Assembly: GCA_964036045.1 (NCBI GenBank)
Contig: OZ038378.1
Coordinates: 3,162,001 to 3,226,000 of the forward strand
DNA from: Eutreptiella sp. 'Long Island Sound 2002'
Lineage: Eukaryota > Protista > Euglenida
Length of the DNA stretch: 64,000 nucleotides
Reading direction: 5' to 3'
Below the pieces are notes generated by a model, which was not told the origin of the DNA, searched no databases, and worked only from the letters and a program-made list of their open reading frames with translations. Both the position numbers and the translations under genes were made by a program. Shown piece by piece: positions 36,640 to 47,995 of this stretch. The stretch's first letter is position 1, and each line of letters starts with the position of its first letter.

Positions 36640-39185
36640 GCCCATTTGGCAACAGATGGGTACCGTCGCCACTTTGGTGAACGTTGGATCCCGTAACCAA
36701 TTTGGCAACGGAAGGGTCCCGCCGCCAATTTGGAGACGGATGGATCCCGTCGCCAATTCGGCGAAGTATGGGTGTCATTGCCACTTTGGCGACGGATGGG
36801 CCCCGTAGCCAATTTGGCGATGGATCGGTCCCCCTGCCACTTTGGCGACAGATGGATCCCGTCACCGATTTGGCGATGGAAGGGTCCTGTAGCCAAGTTG
36901 GAGAAGGATGGGTCCCGTAGCCAATTTGGTGAAGGATGGGTCCCGTAGCCATTTTGGCGACGGATTGATCCCGTCGCCACTTTGGCGATGGATGGATGCC
37001 GTCGCCAATTTGGCAACGCAAGGGTCCCATAGGCAATTTGGTGACGGATGGGTCCCGTAGCCAATTTGGCGACGGATCAGTCCCGTCGCCACTTTGGTGA
37101 CGGAAGGACGCCGTCGCCAATTTGGTGATGGAAGGGTCCCGTAGCCAAATTCGCCGGATCAGTCCCGCTGCCAATTTAGCGACGGATGGGTCCCATTGCC
37201 AAATTGGCGCCGGATGGGTCGCGTAGCCAATTCAGCCACAGATGGGTCCCGTTGCCACTTTGGCGAACGATGCATGCCGTCACAAAATTGGCGCCTAATG
37301 GGTCCCGTCCCCAATTGGCGACCAAAGGGTCTCGTCCCCAATTTGGCGAAGGGGGGGTCGCATAGCCAACTTGGCGACGGATGGGTCTCGTAGCCATTTT
37401 GGCAATGGATTGATCCCGTCGCCACTTTGGCGACGGATGGATGCCTTCGCCAATTTGGCAATGCAAGGGTCCCGTAGGCAATTTGGCGACGGATGGGCCC
37501 CGTAGCCAAATTGGCGGCGGATCGGTCCCATCGCCATTTTGGCGACAGATGGATCCCGTCGCCAATTTGGCGATGGAAGGGTCCCGTAGCCGAATTGGCG
37601 CCGGATGGGTCGCGTAGCCAATTTGGCCAAGGACCGGTCCCGTAGCCATTTTGGCGACAGATCGTTCCCATCGCCACTTTGGTGATTGATGGATCCCGTC
37701 GCCAATTTGGCAATGCAAGGGTCCCGTAGGCAATTTGGTGACGGATGGGCCGCGTAGCCAATTTGGCGACGGATCGGTCCCGTCGCCACTTTGGCGACGG
37801 ATGGATGCTGTCGCCAATTTGGCGGCGGAAGGGTCCTGTCGCCCAATTGGCGCCGGATCGGCGCCAAATTGGCGACAGCACCCATCCATCGCCAAGTTCG
37901 CTAGGCGACCCATCCATCACCAAATTCGCTACGGTAGCCATCCGTTGACAAATTGCCTACGGGACCCTTCCATCGCCATGCAACGGGACCCTTCCGTGGC
38001 CAAATTGCCGATGGCATCCATCCGTCGCCAAATTGGCAACATCACCCATCCGTTGCGAAATTGCCTAGGGGACCCTTGCATTGCCAAATTGGCGACGGGA
38101 TCTATCCATCACCAAAATGGCTACGGGACCCATCCGGCGCCAAATTGGCTACGCGACCCATCCGGCGCCAATTGGGCGACGGGACCCTTCCGTCGCCAAA
38201 TTGGCGACAGCATCCATCCGTTGCCAAAGTGGCGACGGGACCGATCCGTCGCCAAATTGGCTACGCGGCCCATCCGTCGCCAAATTGCCTACGGGACCCT
38301 TGCATTGCCAAATTGGCGAAGGCATCCATCCATCACCAAAGTGGCGACGGGACCCATCCGTCGCCAAAATGGCTACGGGACCGGTCCTTGGCCAAATTGG
38401 CTACGGGCCCGCCGTCTCCAATTTGGCCACAGATGGGTCTCCTCGCCAATTTGGCCATGGAAGGGTCCCGCCGCCAATTTGGCGACAGATGGGTCCGGTC
38501 GCCAATTTGGCGACATATGGGTCCCATAGCACATTTTGCGACGGATGGGTTCCGTCGCCACTTTGGCGATGGAATGGTCGCACAGCCAATGTTGCAACGG
38601 AATGGTCGCACAGCCAATGTTGCAACGGAAGGGTCGCATTGCCAATTTGGCGACGGATGGGTATCGTCGGCAATTGGGCCATGGAAGGGTCCCGTCACCA
38701 GTTTGGTGACGGATGGGTCGCGTTGCCAATTTGGCAACGGAAGGGTCCGTCGCCAATTTGGCGGCGGATGGGTCCCATTGCCAAATTGGCGACGGATGGG
38801 CCTCGTCGATAATTCAGCCACAGACGGGTCCCGTTGCCATTTTGGCGAACGATGGATGCCGTCGCCAAATTGGCGCCTGATGGGTCCCGTCCCCAATTGG
38901 CGACCAAAGGGTCCCGTCGCCAATTTGGCAAAGGATGGTTCGCATAGCCAACTTGGCGACGGATGGATCCCGTAGCCATTTTGGCAATGGATTGATCCCG
39001 TCGCCACTTTGGCGACAGATGGATGCCTTCGCCAATTTGGCGATGGAAGGGTTCCGTAGCCAAATTGGCGCCGGAAGGGTCTCGTAGCCAATTTGGGGAA
39101 GGATGGGTGACATTGCCAATTTGGCAACGGATGTGTCCCGTAGCGAATTTGGCGACAAAAGGGTCCCATCGCCAACTTGGCAACC
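36640..39185. repeat. 28-bp palindromic satellite with higher-order structure and an internal inverted block
   Basis: Monomer approximately cgtcgccaatttggcgacggatgggtcc. Orientation flips at ~37857 and back at ~38405. Confidence 0.9.
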
Positions 39186-39669
39186 CCACCCTGGGGGGGG
39201 GGGACCGTCACCTTGACAGCATATTTTTTCCGTTGTGCTCTCTTGTTCTTCCTATGCTGGCGCCCCGCATATCAGATTTGGCTCCTCTTTGCATTCAATG
39301 TATGCCATAGGCATACCCTCGCGCAGCAAGGGTGGCCCACTGCTGGCAACTGTCATTGGTCCCTCTGGACCAGAGTTCCTGCATATTCAATACCAGGGTA
39401 CTGGGGCCCCGGGGGGGCGGCCGGGCCGGGTCCTTGTATGCGACCTCCCCCAGCCCCCCCCCCCCCCCGGGTTTTGAAAGATAGTGGTGCCGGGTCGGCC
39501 CTCAACAAGTGTTCCTAGAGAAAACTGTCCGGCGCCAAAGGCGCCAATTTTTTTTTTCATACTATGTGTTTATACTCAAAATACTCAAAATTTTGGAGAG
39601 AATTCATATTTGTGTTAAAACAACAAGAAAAAATTTTGACCTGAAGGAGGGCTACAGGAGGGCTGCAGG

Positions 39670-39765
39670 CCCTAACAGCAACCCTAGCCCTAACCCTAGC
39701 CCTAACCCTAACCCTAGGGCTAACCCTAACCCTAGGGCTAACCCTAACCCTAGGGCTAACCCTAA
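39670..39765. repeat. Interstitial telomeric-type (CCCTAA)n tract with CCCTAGGG variants
   Basis: Direct reading of ccctaa/ccctag units, including three ctaaccctaaccctaggg 18-mers. Confidence 0.9.
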
Positions 39766-40909
39766 TCAAGACTGAATATTGGGACCGAGCTGGTGGGGGA
39801 GGGAACATTAGATATGAATGGTGAGGGACATCAAGAATGATTCACACATTGATGGCTCTTGACAAAGTGAAATGCACCTGAACCCCATCACCACGAGGCC
39901 CACTTTCAAGGCTTTTTGGACTTCTCAGGGGCCAAAATGCCCCGAAATGGGCTCAAAATGGGCTCATTTCACCCTTTTGTGCACCCCAAATGGTCTAGGA
40001 TGAGTTTTGGAAAAATGTGTTTGTGACCCATTTTTGACCCATTTTTGGTCCCAAAACAGCCCATTTTCAAGGCATTTTGGGATTTTTGGAGGACCCAAAT
40101 GGGCCACCACAAGCTCAAAACAGTCCAAAAACACTTGTTTTAGCGTCGCACATGGTCTAGGATCATTTTTGCGGAAAGTCATATTTTTACCCCTTTCGGA
40201 CCCTGTTGACCCATTTGGGTACCCACCTGTTTGGGCTTGAGCTTGCAGCTTGCCACAGCCTAGTGGGCCTAGTTATTGGGGTCTAGGCGTCCGTTTGGGC
40301 AATTCTGAGGGGTGGAAACCACAAAACGTGGGGGGTTGCGGGTGGAGTAGGTGCCCTCGGAATCGCATTTTGAGCCATGTAGCCAAACATATGGCCTATT
40401 CTTGGTTTGTGGCTGTCGGCAGTTGGAGCTTCTGGGGGCCTTTTTGGGCCGCTTCCGCGGCATATCATGGAGTTAGAGGGCCGCAAAGAGCTCGTTGACA
40501 CGGGGAAGTCAAGCCGCACGTGGAGTGTACCCACCGTTTCCCTTCGTTTGGCCGTTTTGAATGTGCTCTAGGGCATTTTTGGCCCAAAAATGGCTGTTTT
40601 TGGCCCTAAACTGCAGTTTCTGAAACTGAGGTCCGCCACTTGCGAATCCCGTTCCCGGCCGCCACCGTTGAGTTTCTTGCTCAAACTTTGTGTGATTGTA
40701 CTTCACACCCATAGGTATCATCCACCAAAATTTCACCCGAATCTGAAGCACCACGACGGAAATCTGATTTTTACCCATTTCGCGCGTGCTGCTGCTTGCT
40801 GCTTGCTGCTGCTGCTTGCTGCTTGCTGCTGCTGCTGCTAAACCTGGTAGGTCCACCCTAGACACTAAAAAGGGTTATAAAACCAAGACTGGTTCCACCA
40901 GCTCGGTGA

Positions 40910-40958
40910 CCCTAACCTTAACCCTAACCCTAACCTTAACCCTAACGCTAACCCTAAC
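40910..40958. repeat. Second interstitial (CCCTAA)n tract
   Basis: ccctaaccttaaccctaaccctaaccttaaccctaacgctaaccctaacc. Confidence 0.9.
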
Positions 40959-41946
40959 CCCCCCCCCCACCCCTGGCTGGACGCCCCCTGACCCCCGGCC
41001 AGACGCCCCCCCCTGACCCCCGGTAGGAACACCCCCCCCCCCCGACCCCCGGCAGGAGCCCCCCCCCCCCGACCCCCGGCAGGAACCCCCCCCCCGACCC
41101 CCAACTGCCCCCCCCCCCCCCCCCCCCGAGTTTTGACAGATAGCTGGGGGGGTGGTCGCATCAGGACCGTTGGTAGTCGCCCCCCCGGGACTGGGGCCAA
41201 GGTGGTGGATCATATGGCAGTCAAGTTATCTTGGTTGGAGGCAGCACAGGATGTATCCCCTGAGTCGCCAGGATCTCCTGCTGTTGACAACCGTGGTACA
41301 GATTTGTGGTGCCATCCCCCTCCCCAGGGGGGGAACCGTCACTTCATGATTGCCCCCCCCCCCCCCCCCGGGGGCGAACCGTCCTACAAAAGGGGGGGGA
41401 GATGGCAAGGGGGGCTGGGGGTGCATAATTTGGCACAACAGAGGGCCATTGGAGGGGCAAAATAAGGGCTCTGCCTCCACACAACAAATATCATTCCAAT
41501 AAGCATGGCTCATGAACAATGCATGCAATTTGGCGCTTCTTCGTATTTTATGAGCAGCGGAAACGAGCCGTCCCCATCTTTTTCCGTCCTGGGGTTGTGT
41601 TGGCTGCAACGGTGCATGCTTTCAAAGCTTTGCTAATCTCCCAAACCCTGCACTTTTGATTCTTGGTGTTTTTTTTTTTTACTGTCTCTTGCGCATGTAC
41701 GGGCGAGTCTGTTGAGCAGCAGCAGCAGCAGCGTGCGCTTTTCTCTGTTGGGAAAACACTCGCCTCGCGGAGAAATCAGCTCACCTGGGCACTGATTTCT
41801 TCCCCCCTCCCCAGCCCTGGAAGTGGAGTGCACAAGGGACATCCACATGAGGGGTTATTAAAACCTGCGATCTCGGGATGGAGGTGTTGAGTGTAGCAAG
41901 TTCCATGTGCCAAGATGTATTGTCTCGTTCTTCCTCCTCCAGGTCC

Positions 41947-42366
41947 ATGATGTTGCCAGTTCCTGGTGAATCAGATTTGTTGCCTCTACTGGTCTGTGGG
42001 GCACACCTCGAAGGAATGCCCCTCCATCATCAGCTCCAAGACCGGGGCGCACAATTGCGGGAAAAGACGACGACGACGAATGACTATCGCCTCTACGCCC
42101 TGCCTGGGGGTGCGCGGCCGGGCCTTGTACAAGCTTCCGAAGGAGAGGCCGGGGTGCCGATTCAAGTGGAGGTGTATTTGATTCCAAGTGTTCACGTCGG
42201 GAGCTTCTTGGCGGGCATTCCGCATCCTTTGGGCCTGGGCAAAGTGCAAGTGGCCAGCGGAGAGATGGTGACAGGCTTCATCTGTGCACAAAATGGCCTG
42301 GCAGGAGCAGAGGATATCTCGAGCTATGGGGGCTGGCGGGCCTACAAGGCAGCACAGGGGCAGTAG
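41947..42366 (+). CDS. Allophanate hydrolase (AtzF/urea amidolyase) C-terminal domain, apparently stand-alone, 139 aa
   Basis: LVCGAHLEGMPLHHQL...YRLYALPGGARPGL...VEVY...FLAGIPHPLGLGKV...GFIC...DISSYGGWRAY covers all hallmark motifs of this domain. Pyrimidine tract plus AG at 41941-41942 lies just before the ATG. Confidence 0.85.
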   Translation: MMLPVPGESDLLPLLVCGAHLEGMPLHHQLQDRGAQLREKTTTTNDYRLYALPGGARPGLVQASEGEAGVPIQVEVYLIPSVHVGSFLAGIPHPLGLGKVQVASGEMVTGFICAQNGLAGAEDISSYGGWRAYKAAQGQ

Positions 42367-43514
42367 AAGGAGAAACCGGAGTGAGCACATTCAGCTTGGT
42401 TTTGGCCCTCCACGGTCCAGCACGGGACCCACGGCGGCGCACCGGGGCGGGGTGCTGTCCAGTGCAGCGCCACAGCGTGCGGTCGCAATGCCAGGACGGT
42501 GGCAATGTGCAGCCTTGCCGAGATGATGGCATCAGCAAAGCTGATGCCATCATCATCCTTGATGACCGGGGCACTTCTCTTTGGCGGAGGCTCAGTAACA
42601 GTGCAACGAAGGCAATGAAGGCTGAATAGCAGGCAGCCAGAGTTGTTGATAGTGCAACCCTCAGTTTGCCCCCTTGCATTGCTGACGAACAGACGTGTTT
42701 CGATTCCAGTGTTGCACGCAGGCACGGCTTGGCACGGGCATCGTGCGGTGCAATTTCCTCGCAAATGTGGGTAATTCTGTTGTCGGTGTTTGGGCAAGGC
42801 GATTGCTGACGTCCATCGGCTCAGATCCGTGCGCGGCTGTCGGAGCTGCTTAGCCTTTTGCACCGATGGACACAGACTTTGCTGTGCATAACCCAATCAA
42901 GAGCATGTGCACAACGGCAATGGAGTCCGGCATGATGATGATGATGTCGTTGAGTTTGGGGACACAAGAGCATCTTAGCCCGAGGTGCCGGAACACTTGA
43001 CTCTGAAACAGAAGATCTTCAAACGGGTGAGTAAATGATGAATCTGAAGCCCCACGATGCATTGATGCCAAAAGAAAGTCTGCATTTTCCGGCGATTTGG
43101 AACGTCTCGAGTGGACCATGGAGCTTGACACCGCACCCTTAAGCCCTTTTAAGCCCTGGAAAACGAGAAGGGCCCTGTCCCCATTCACTACTGTTTTCTC
43201 TGATTCTAGGATGCGACACCGTATTGTGGTCGATGACATTGCGGTGCAACACGATTGGTCTTTCCGAATTACGTCAAATATGGAAATGCATGTCTGTGTT
43301 CACATTGTGTGCACGGGCGGTATGTGTGACTCTGTCATGGAGGTGCTTACCACCCCGCCACTTCGGTCCTGAAGTAGTGTGGGAAGTGTGATACAGTTAT
43401 TGAGCCTTTCCTCCACCAAAAGTCGCTTTTCCAAGGCTGGCCAAGAGGCCATCTCAACCAGCATCCTGGTAGATTACAGTCCATATGATAAACATGGGTC
43501 CTTACAATGGGTGT

Positions 43515-43850
43515 GTTGTTGTTGCTGCTGCGGCGGCGGCGGCGGCGGCGGTTGTTGTTGTTGTTGTTGGTCGTGCGTCGTCTGCGTCGCCTGCGTCGTC
43601 GTGCGTCGTCGACGTCCGCTGTTGTCCCCCCATCCTCCGCCGTCGTGTCCGTCGTCGCCGCCGCCGCCGCCGCCGCCGTCGTCATCGTCGTCCCCGTCCG
43701 TCGTCGCCGTCGGTCGCCGTCCGTGGTCGCCGCAGCTGTCGTCGCCGCCACCGCCGTCGTCGCTGTCGTCGTCCTTGTCGTCACTGCCGCCGCCGCCACC
43801 GTCGTCGTGCGTCGTCTTCGTCGTGGTGGTCGTACTGGTGCACAGGCGGC
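43515..43850. repeat. Mosaic trinucleotide microsatellite (GTT/GCG/GTC/GCC)
   Basis: Direct reading; generates the poly-R/T/D/G ORFs in the ORF track. Confidence 0.9.
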
Positions 43851-44004
43851 CTAAACCCAATAACGCCATATTTCGAATGTGTTGTAGTGGCAGAAGCCAA
43901 AATATACGCTGACTGAAAGGTTTCCATTTTTCATGCTGCAGTAAAATTGCATTTCTTTGAGTCAAATCGGTGCCTCACATGTTGTTGCTGTTGTTGTCGT
44001 CAAT

Positions 44005-44106
44005 CTTGTTCTTGTTCTTGTTCTTGTTCTTGTTCTTGTTCTTGTTCTTGTTCTTGTTCTTGTTCTTGTTCTTGTTCTTGTTCTTGTTGTTGTTCTTGTT
44101 CTTGTT
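44005..44106. repeat. (CTTGTT)n hexanucleotide microsatellite
   Basis: About 16 near-perfect units by direct reading. Confidence 0.95.
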
Positions 44107-44152
44107 GTTTGTACAGCACTCAGGGGTTTTGGGGTTCTGCATTGCCAAATGA

Positions 44153-44803
44153 ATGCAGGGTAAAATACTGTACAGTGTTCGAGGTCAGGTCAGGTCAGCC
44201 ACAGACAGGCTGGCTAATGAACACGCTCAGCAAGCACGGGACATATACCACAAAGCTCACATAGGGGCGGTGGCGAGACAACACCTGCACACCCTACACA
44301 TGGTATACACCAACGCACTGACGGCTAAAACAGACTACCACAGGCTTGTCACAAAACTAGTCGACCAACAGAGACAAGCACAACGACTGCAGGACACACA
44401 TGCACACCTATACCAAATACGTAGACAATGGTATGAACAAGCGAAGGACGACACAAGGATGTGGTACGCTGACGCAAAACTGCTGATGATGGTCAACGAC
44501 CGATACCGGAGGCTGAGAGCAGGCACTAACAAGCTACTTGACCTGCACCAACAACAAGCGACCTACATGTGGCAGCAGCAGACACACCTGACTGCCATGG
44601 CACAGTACTACCATGACGCCTGCAAACACAAGACAACACAATACTGGCAAACAACCCGACCAGCCCGACAGACAATATACCTGATACGGAAGCGGCCGCG
44701 GGAGCGCTGGGACCCCACCTTGTGGGAAGTCCCGTTACAACCGCTACCGAAACGCCACAAAACGCACTGGGACCCAAATGAGTGGGAAGTACCAATGACA
44801 TGA
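44153..44803 (+). CDS. Orphan 216-aa ORF, Gln/His/Thr/Tyr-rich, with two WDPxxWEVP motifs
   Basis: Uninterrupted non-repetitive ORF; AG at 44115-44116 follows the pyrimidine-rich microsatellite. No family recognised. Confidence 0.4.
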   Translation: MQGKILYSVRGQVRSATDRLANEHAQQARDIYHKAHIGAVARQHLHTLHMVYTNALTAKTDYHRLVTKLVDQQRQAQRLQDTHAHLYQIRRQWYEQAKDDTRMWYADAKLLMMVNDRYRRLRAGTNKLLDLHQQQATYMWQQQTHLTAMAQYYHDACKHKTTQYWQTTRPARQTIYLIRKRPRERWDPTLWEVPLQPLPKRHKTHWDPNEWEVPMT

Positions 44804-44984
44804 CTACACCAACCTCAATGGGAAACCATGGGGGCACAGTCACGAGCTGCAGCCCGTATGCATACCCTGGCTTCGCCGAAATCTGTATCTTACTTCGAAC
44901 TTGGTCCACTGAGGCCCCTGGCACTTATGAACTGGCCTTTTTGATAAAAAATTTTTTTTTTCCTCCCCGCGCTTGGCGTTGCGG

Positions 44985-47900
44985 ACCCCTGAGAATGCAG
45001 GGGTGACGTAGCATTACGGCCCTCTTTTGGGCACCCCAGAAGGTAGGGGTGAGGTAGCCACTTCTGATTTTCTTCCCCTTTCTTGGGGACGCCCGAGAAC
45101 GCAGGGGTGACTTAGCATCTGCGCCCTCCTCTCGGCCCCCGAGAAGGCAGGGGTGAGGCAGCCACTTCTGATTTTGTTCCCCTTTGTTGGGGACCACTTC
45201 TGATTTTGCTCCCCGCACTTGGCATTGGGGACCCCCGAGAATGCAAGGGGTGACTTAGCATTTCTGCCCCCTTTTGGGCCCCCCAGAAGGCAGGGGTGAG
45301 GTCGCCACTTCTGATTTTGTTTCCCTTTGTTGGGGATCCCGGAGAATGCAGGGGTGACGTAGCATCTCTCACCTCTTTTGGGCCCCCCAGAAGGCAGGGT
45401 GAGGCAGCCACTTTTGATTTTGTTCCTCTTTGTTGGGGACCACTTCTGATTTTGCTCCCCGCGCTTGGCGTTGGGGATCCCCGAGAATGCAAGGGTGACG
45501 TAACATTACCGCCCCCTTTTGGGCCCCCGAGAAGGCAGGGGTGAGGCAGCCCCTTCTGATTTTGTTCCCCTTTGTTGCGGACCACGTCTGATTTTGCGCC
45601 CCGTGCTCAGTGTTGGGGACCCCCGAGAATGTCGGGGTGGCGTAGCATTACCGCCCTCTTTTGGGCCCCCGAGAAGGCAGGGGTAACACAGCCCCTTCTG
45701 ATTTTGTTCCCCTTTGTTGGGGACCACTTCTGATTTTGCGCCCCGTGCTCAGTGTTGGGGACCCCCGAGAATGTAGGGGTGACGTAGCATTTTTCCCCTC
45801 TTTTGGGCCCCCGAGAAGGCAAGGGTGAGGCAACCACTTCTAATTTTGTTCCCCTTTGTTGGTGACCACTTGTGGTTTTGCTCCCCGCGCTTGGCCTTGG
45901 GGACCCCCGAGAACGGCGGGGTGACGTAGCATCTCTCACCTCTTTTGGGCCCCCCGGAAGCTAGGGGTGAGGTAGCCACTTCTGATTTTGTTCCCCTTTG
46001 TTGCGGACCACTTCTGATTTTGCTTCACGCGCCTGTCGTTGTGGACCTTGGAGAATGCAGAGGTGACGTAGCATTACGACCCTCTTTTGGGCCCCCGGAA
46101 GGCAGGGGTGATGTAGCCACTTCTGATTTCGTTCCCCTTGTTTGGGGACCCCCGAGAATGCAGGGGTGACGTAGCATTACCACCCTCTTTCGGGCCTCCC
46201 AGAAAGCAGGTGTGAGGCAGCCACTTCTGATTTTCCTCCTTGCTCTTTGCGTGGGGACCCCGAGATTGCAAGGGTGACGTAGCATTACCGCCCTCTTTTG
46301 GGCCCCCGAGAAGGCAGGGTGAGGCAGCCCCTTCTGATTTTGTTCCCCTTTGTTGGGGACCACTTCTGATTTTGCGCCCCGTGCTCGGTGTGGGGACCCC
46401 CGAGAATGTAGGGGTGACGTAGCATTACCGCCCTCTTTTGGGCCTCCGAGAAGGCAGGGGTGACACAGCCCCTTCTGATTTTGTTCCCCTTTGTTGGGGA
46501 CCACTTCTGATTTTGCGCCCCGTGCTCAGTGTTGGGGACCCCCGAGAATGTAGGGGTGACGTAGCATTACCGCCCTCTTTTGGGCCCCCGAGAAGGCAGG
46601 GGTGAGGCAACCACTTCTGATTTTGCTCCTCTTTGTTGGTGACCACTTCTGATTTTGTTCCCCGCACTTGGCGATGGGGACCCCCGAGAATGCAAGGGGT
46701 GACGTAGCATTTTTGCCCCCTTTGGGGCCCCCGAGAAGGCAGGGGTGAGGCAGCCACTTCTGATTTTCCTCCCCTCGCTCGGCGTTGCGGACCCTGTAGA
46801 ATGCACGGGTGACGTAGCATTGCTGCCCTCTTTCGGGCCCCCTAGAAGGTAGGGGTGAGGTAGCCACTTCTGATTTTCTTCCCCTTTCTTGGGGACGCCT
46901 AAGAATGCAGGGGTGACGTAGCATCTCCGCCCTCTTTTGGGCCCCCGAGAAGGCAGGGGTGAGGCAGCCACTTCTGATTTTGTTCCCCTTTGTTCGGGAC
47001 CACGTCTGATTTTGCTCCTTGTGCTTGGCGTCGGGAACCGCCAAGAATGCAGGGGTGACGTGCCGTTTCTGCCCTCCTTTGGGCTCTTGTGACGGCACGT
47101 GTGAGGCAACCACTTCTGACTTTGTTCCCCTTTGTTGGGGACCACTTCTGGTTTTGCGCCCCGTGCTCAGCGTTGGGGACCCCCGAGAATGTAGGGGTGA
47201 CGTAGCATTTCCGCCCTCTTTTGGGCCCCCGAGAAGGCAGCGGTGGGGCTGCCACTTCTGATTTTCCTCCCCGCGCTTGGCGTTGCGGACCCCTGAGAAT
47301 GCAGGGGTGACGTAGCATTACGGCCCTCTTTTGGGCCCCCAGAAGGTAGGGGTGAGGTAGCCACTTCTGATTTTGTTCCCTGTTGTTGGGGACGCCCAAG
47401 AATGCAGGGGTGACGTCGCATCTCTGCCCTCTTTTGGGCCCCCTAGAAGGCAGGGGTGAGGTAGCCACTTCTGATTTCGTTCCTGTTTGTTGGGGACCCC
47501 CGAGAACGCAGGGGTGACGTAGCATCTCCGCCCTCCTTTGGGCCCCCGAGAAGGCAGGGGTGAAGCAGCCACTTCTGATTTTGTCCCCTTTGTTGTGGAC
47601 CACTTCTGATTTTGCTCCCCGCGCTTGGCATTGTCGACCCTGGAGAATGCAGGCTGATGTAGCATTACGGCCCTCTTTCGGCCCCCCCGGAAGGCAGGGG
47701 TGATGTAGCCACTTCTGATTTCGTTCCCCTTTGTTGGGGACCCCCGAGAATGCAGCGGTGACGTAGCATCGCTCACCTCTTTTGGGCCCCCGAGAAGGCA
47801 GGTGTGAGGCAGCCACTTCTGATTTTGTTCCTCTTTGTTGGGGACCACTTCTGATTTTGCTCCCCGCGCTTGGCGTTGGGGATCCCCGAGAATGCAGGGG

Positions 47901-47995
47901 TGACGTAGCATTACCGCCCACTTTTGGGCCCCTTAGAAGGCAGGGGTGAAGTTGCCACTTCTGATTTTGTTCCCCTTTGTTCCAGGCAGTGGTGA
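44985..47995. repeat. Satellite array of ~104-bp and ~142-bp monomers; further pieces at ~48395-48580 (and amplicon copies), 60589-60690 and 61505-61740
   Basis: Subunits A (gggacccccgagaatgcaggggtgacgtagc...), B (gggcccccgagaaggcaggggtgaggcagccacttctgattttg...) and optional C (ggggaccacttctgattttgctcccc...). Confidence 0.95.

Noticed and set aside
36597-39211. Long ORFs (up to 340 aa) and a CRISPR-like palindromic repeat
   Set aside because: The ORFs are translations of a stop-poor 28-bp satellite in several frames on both strands; the sequence between palindromes is not a set of unique spacers.
39670-40958. True chromosome end
   Set aside because: The tracts are short, degenerate and flanked by tens of kb of sequence on both sides.
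42979-43026. Possible 48-nt micro-exon (PEVPEHLTLKQKIFKR) between AG and GTGAGT
   Set aside because: No pyrimidine tract and no partner exons identified; the resemblance to a dehydrogenase motif is too short to support.
43347-44163. Poly-Arg/Thr/Asp/Gly and LVLV/FLFL ORFs
   Set aside because: Microsatellite translations.
45112-47921. Many overlapping ORFs with PHPCLLGGPK-type repeats
   Set aside because: Satellite translation artefacts.
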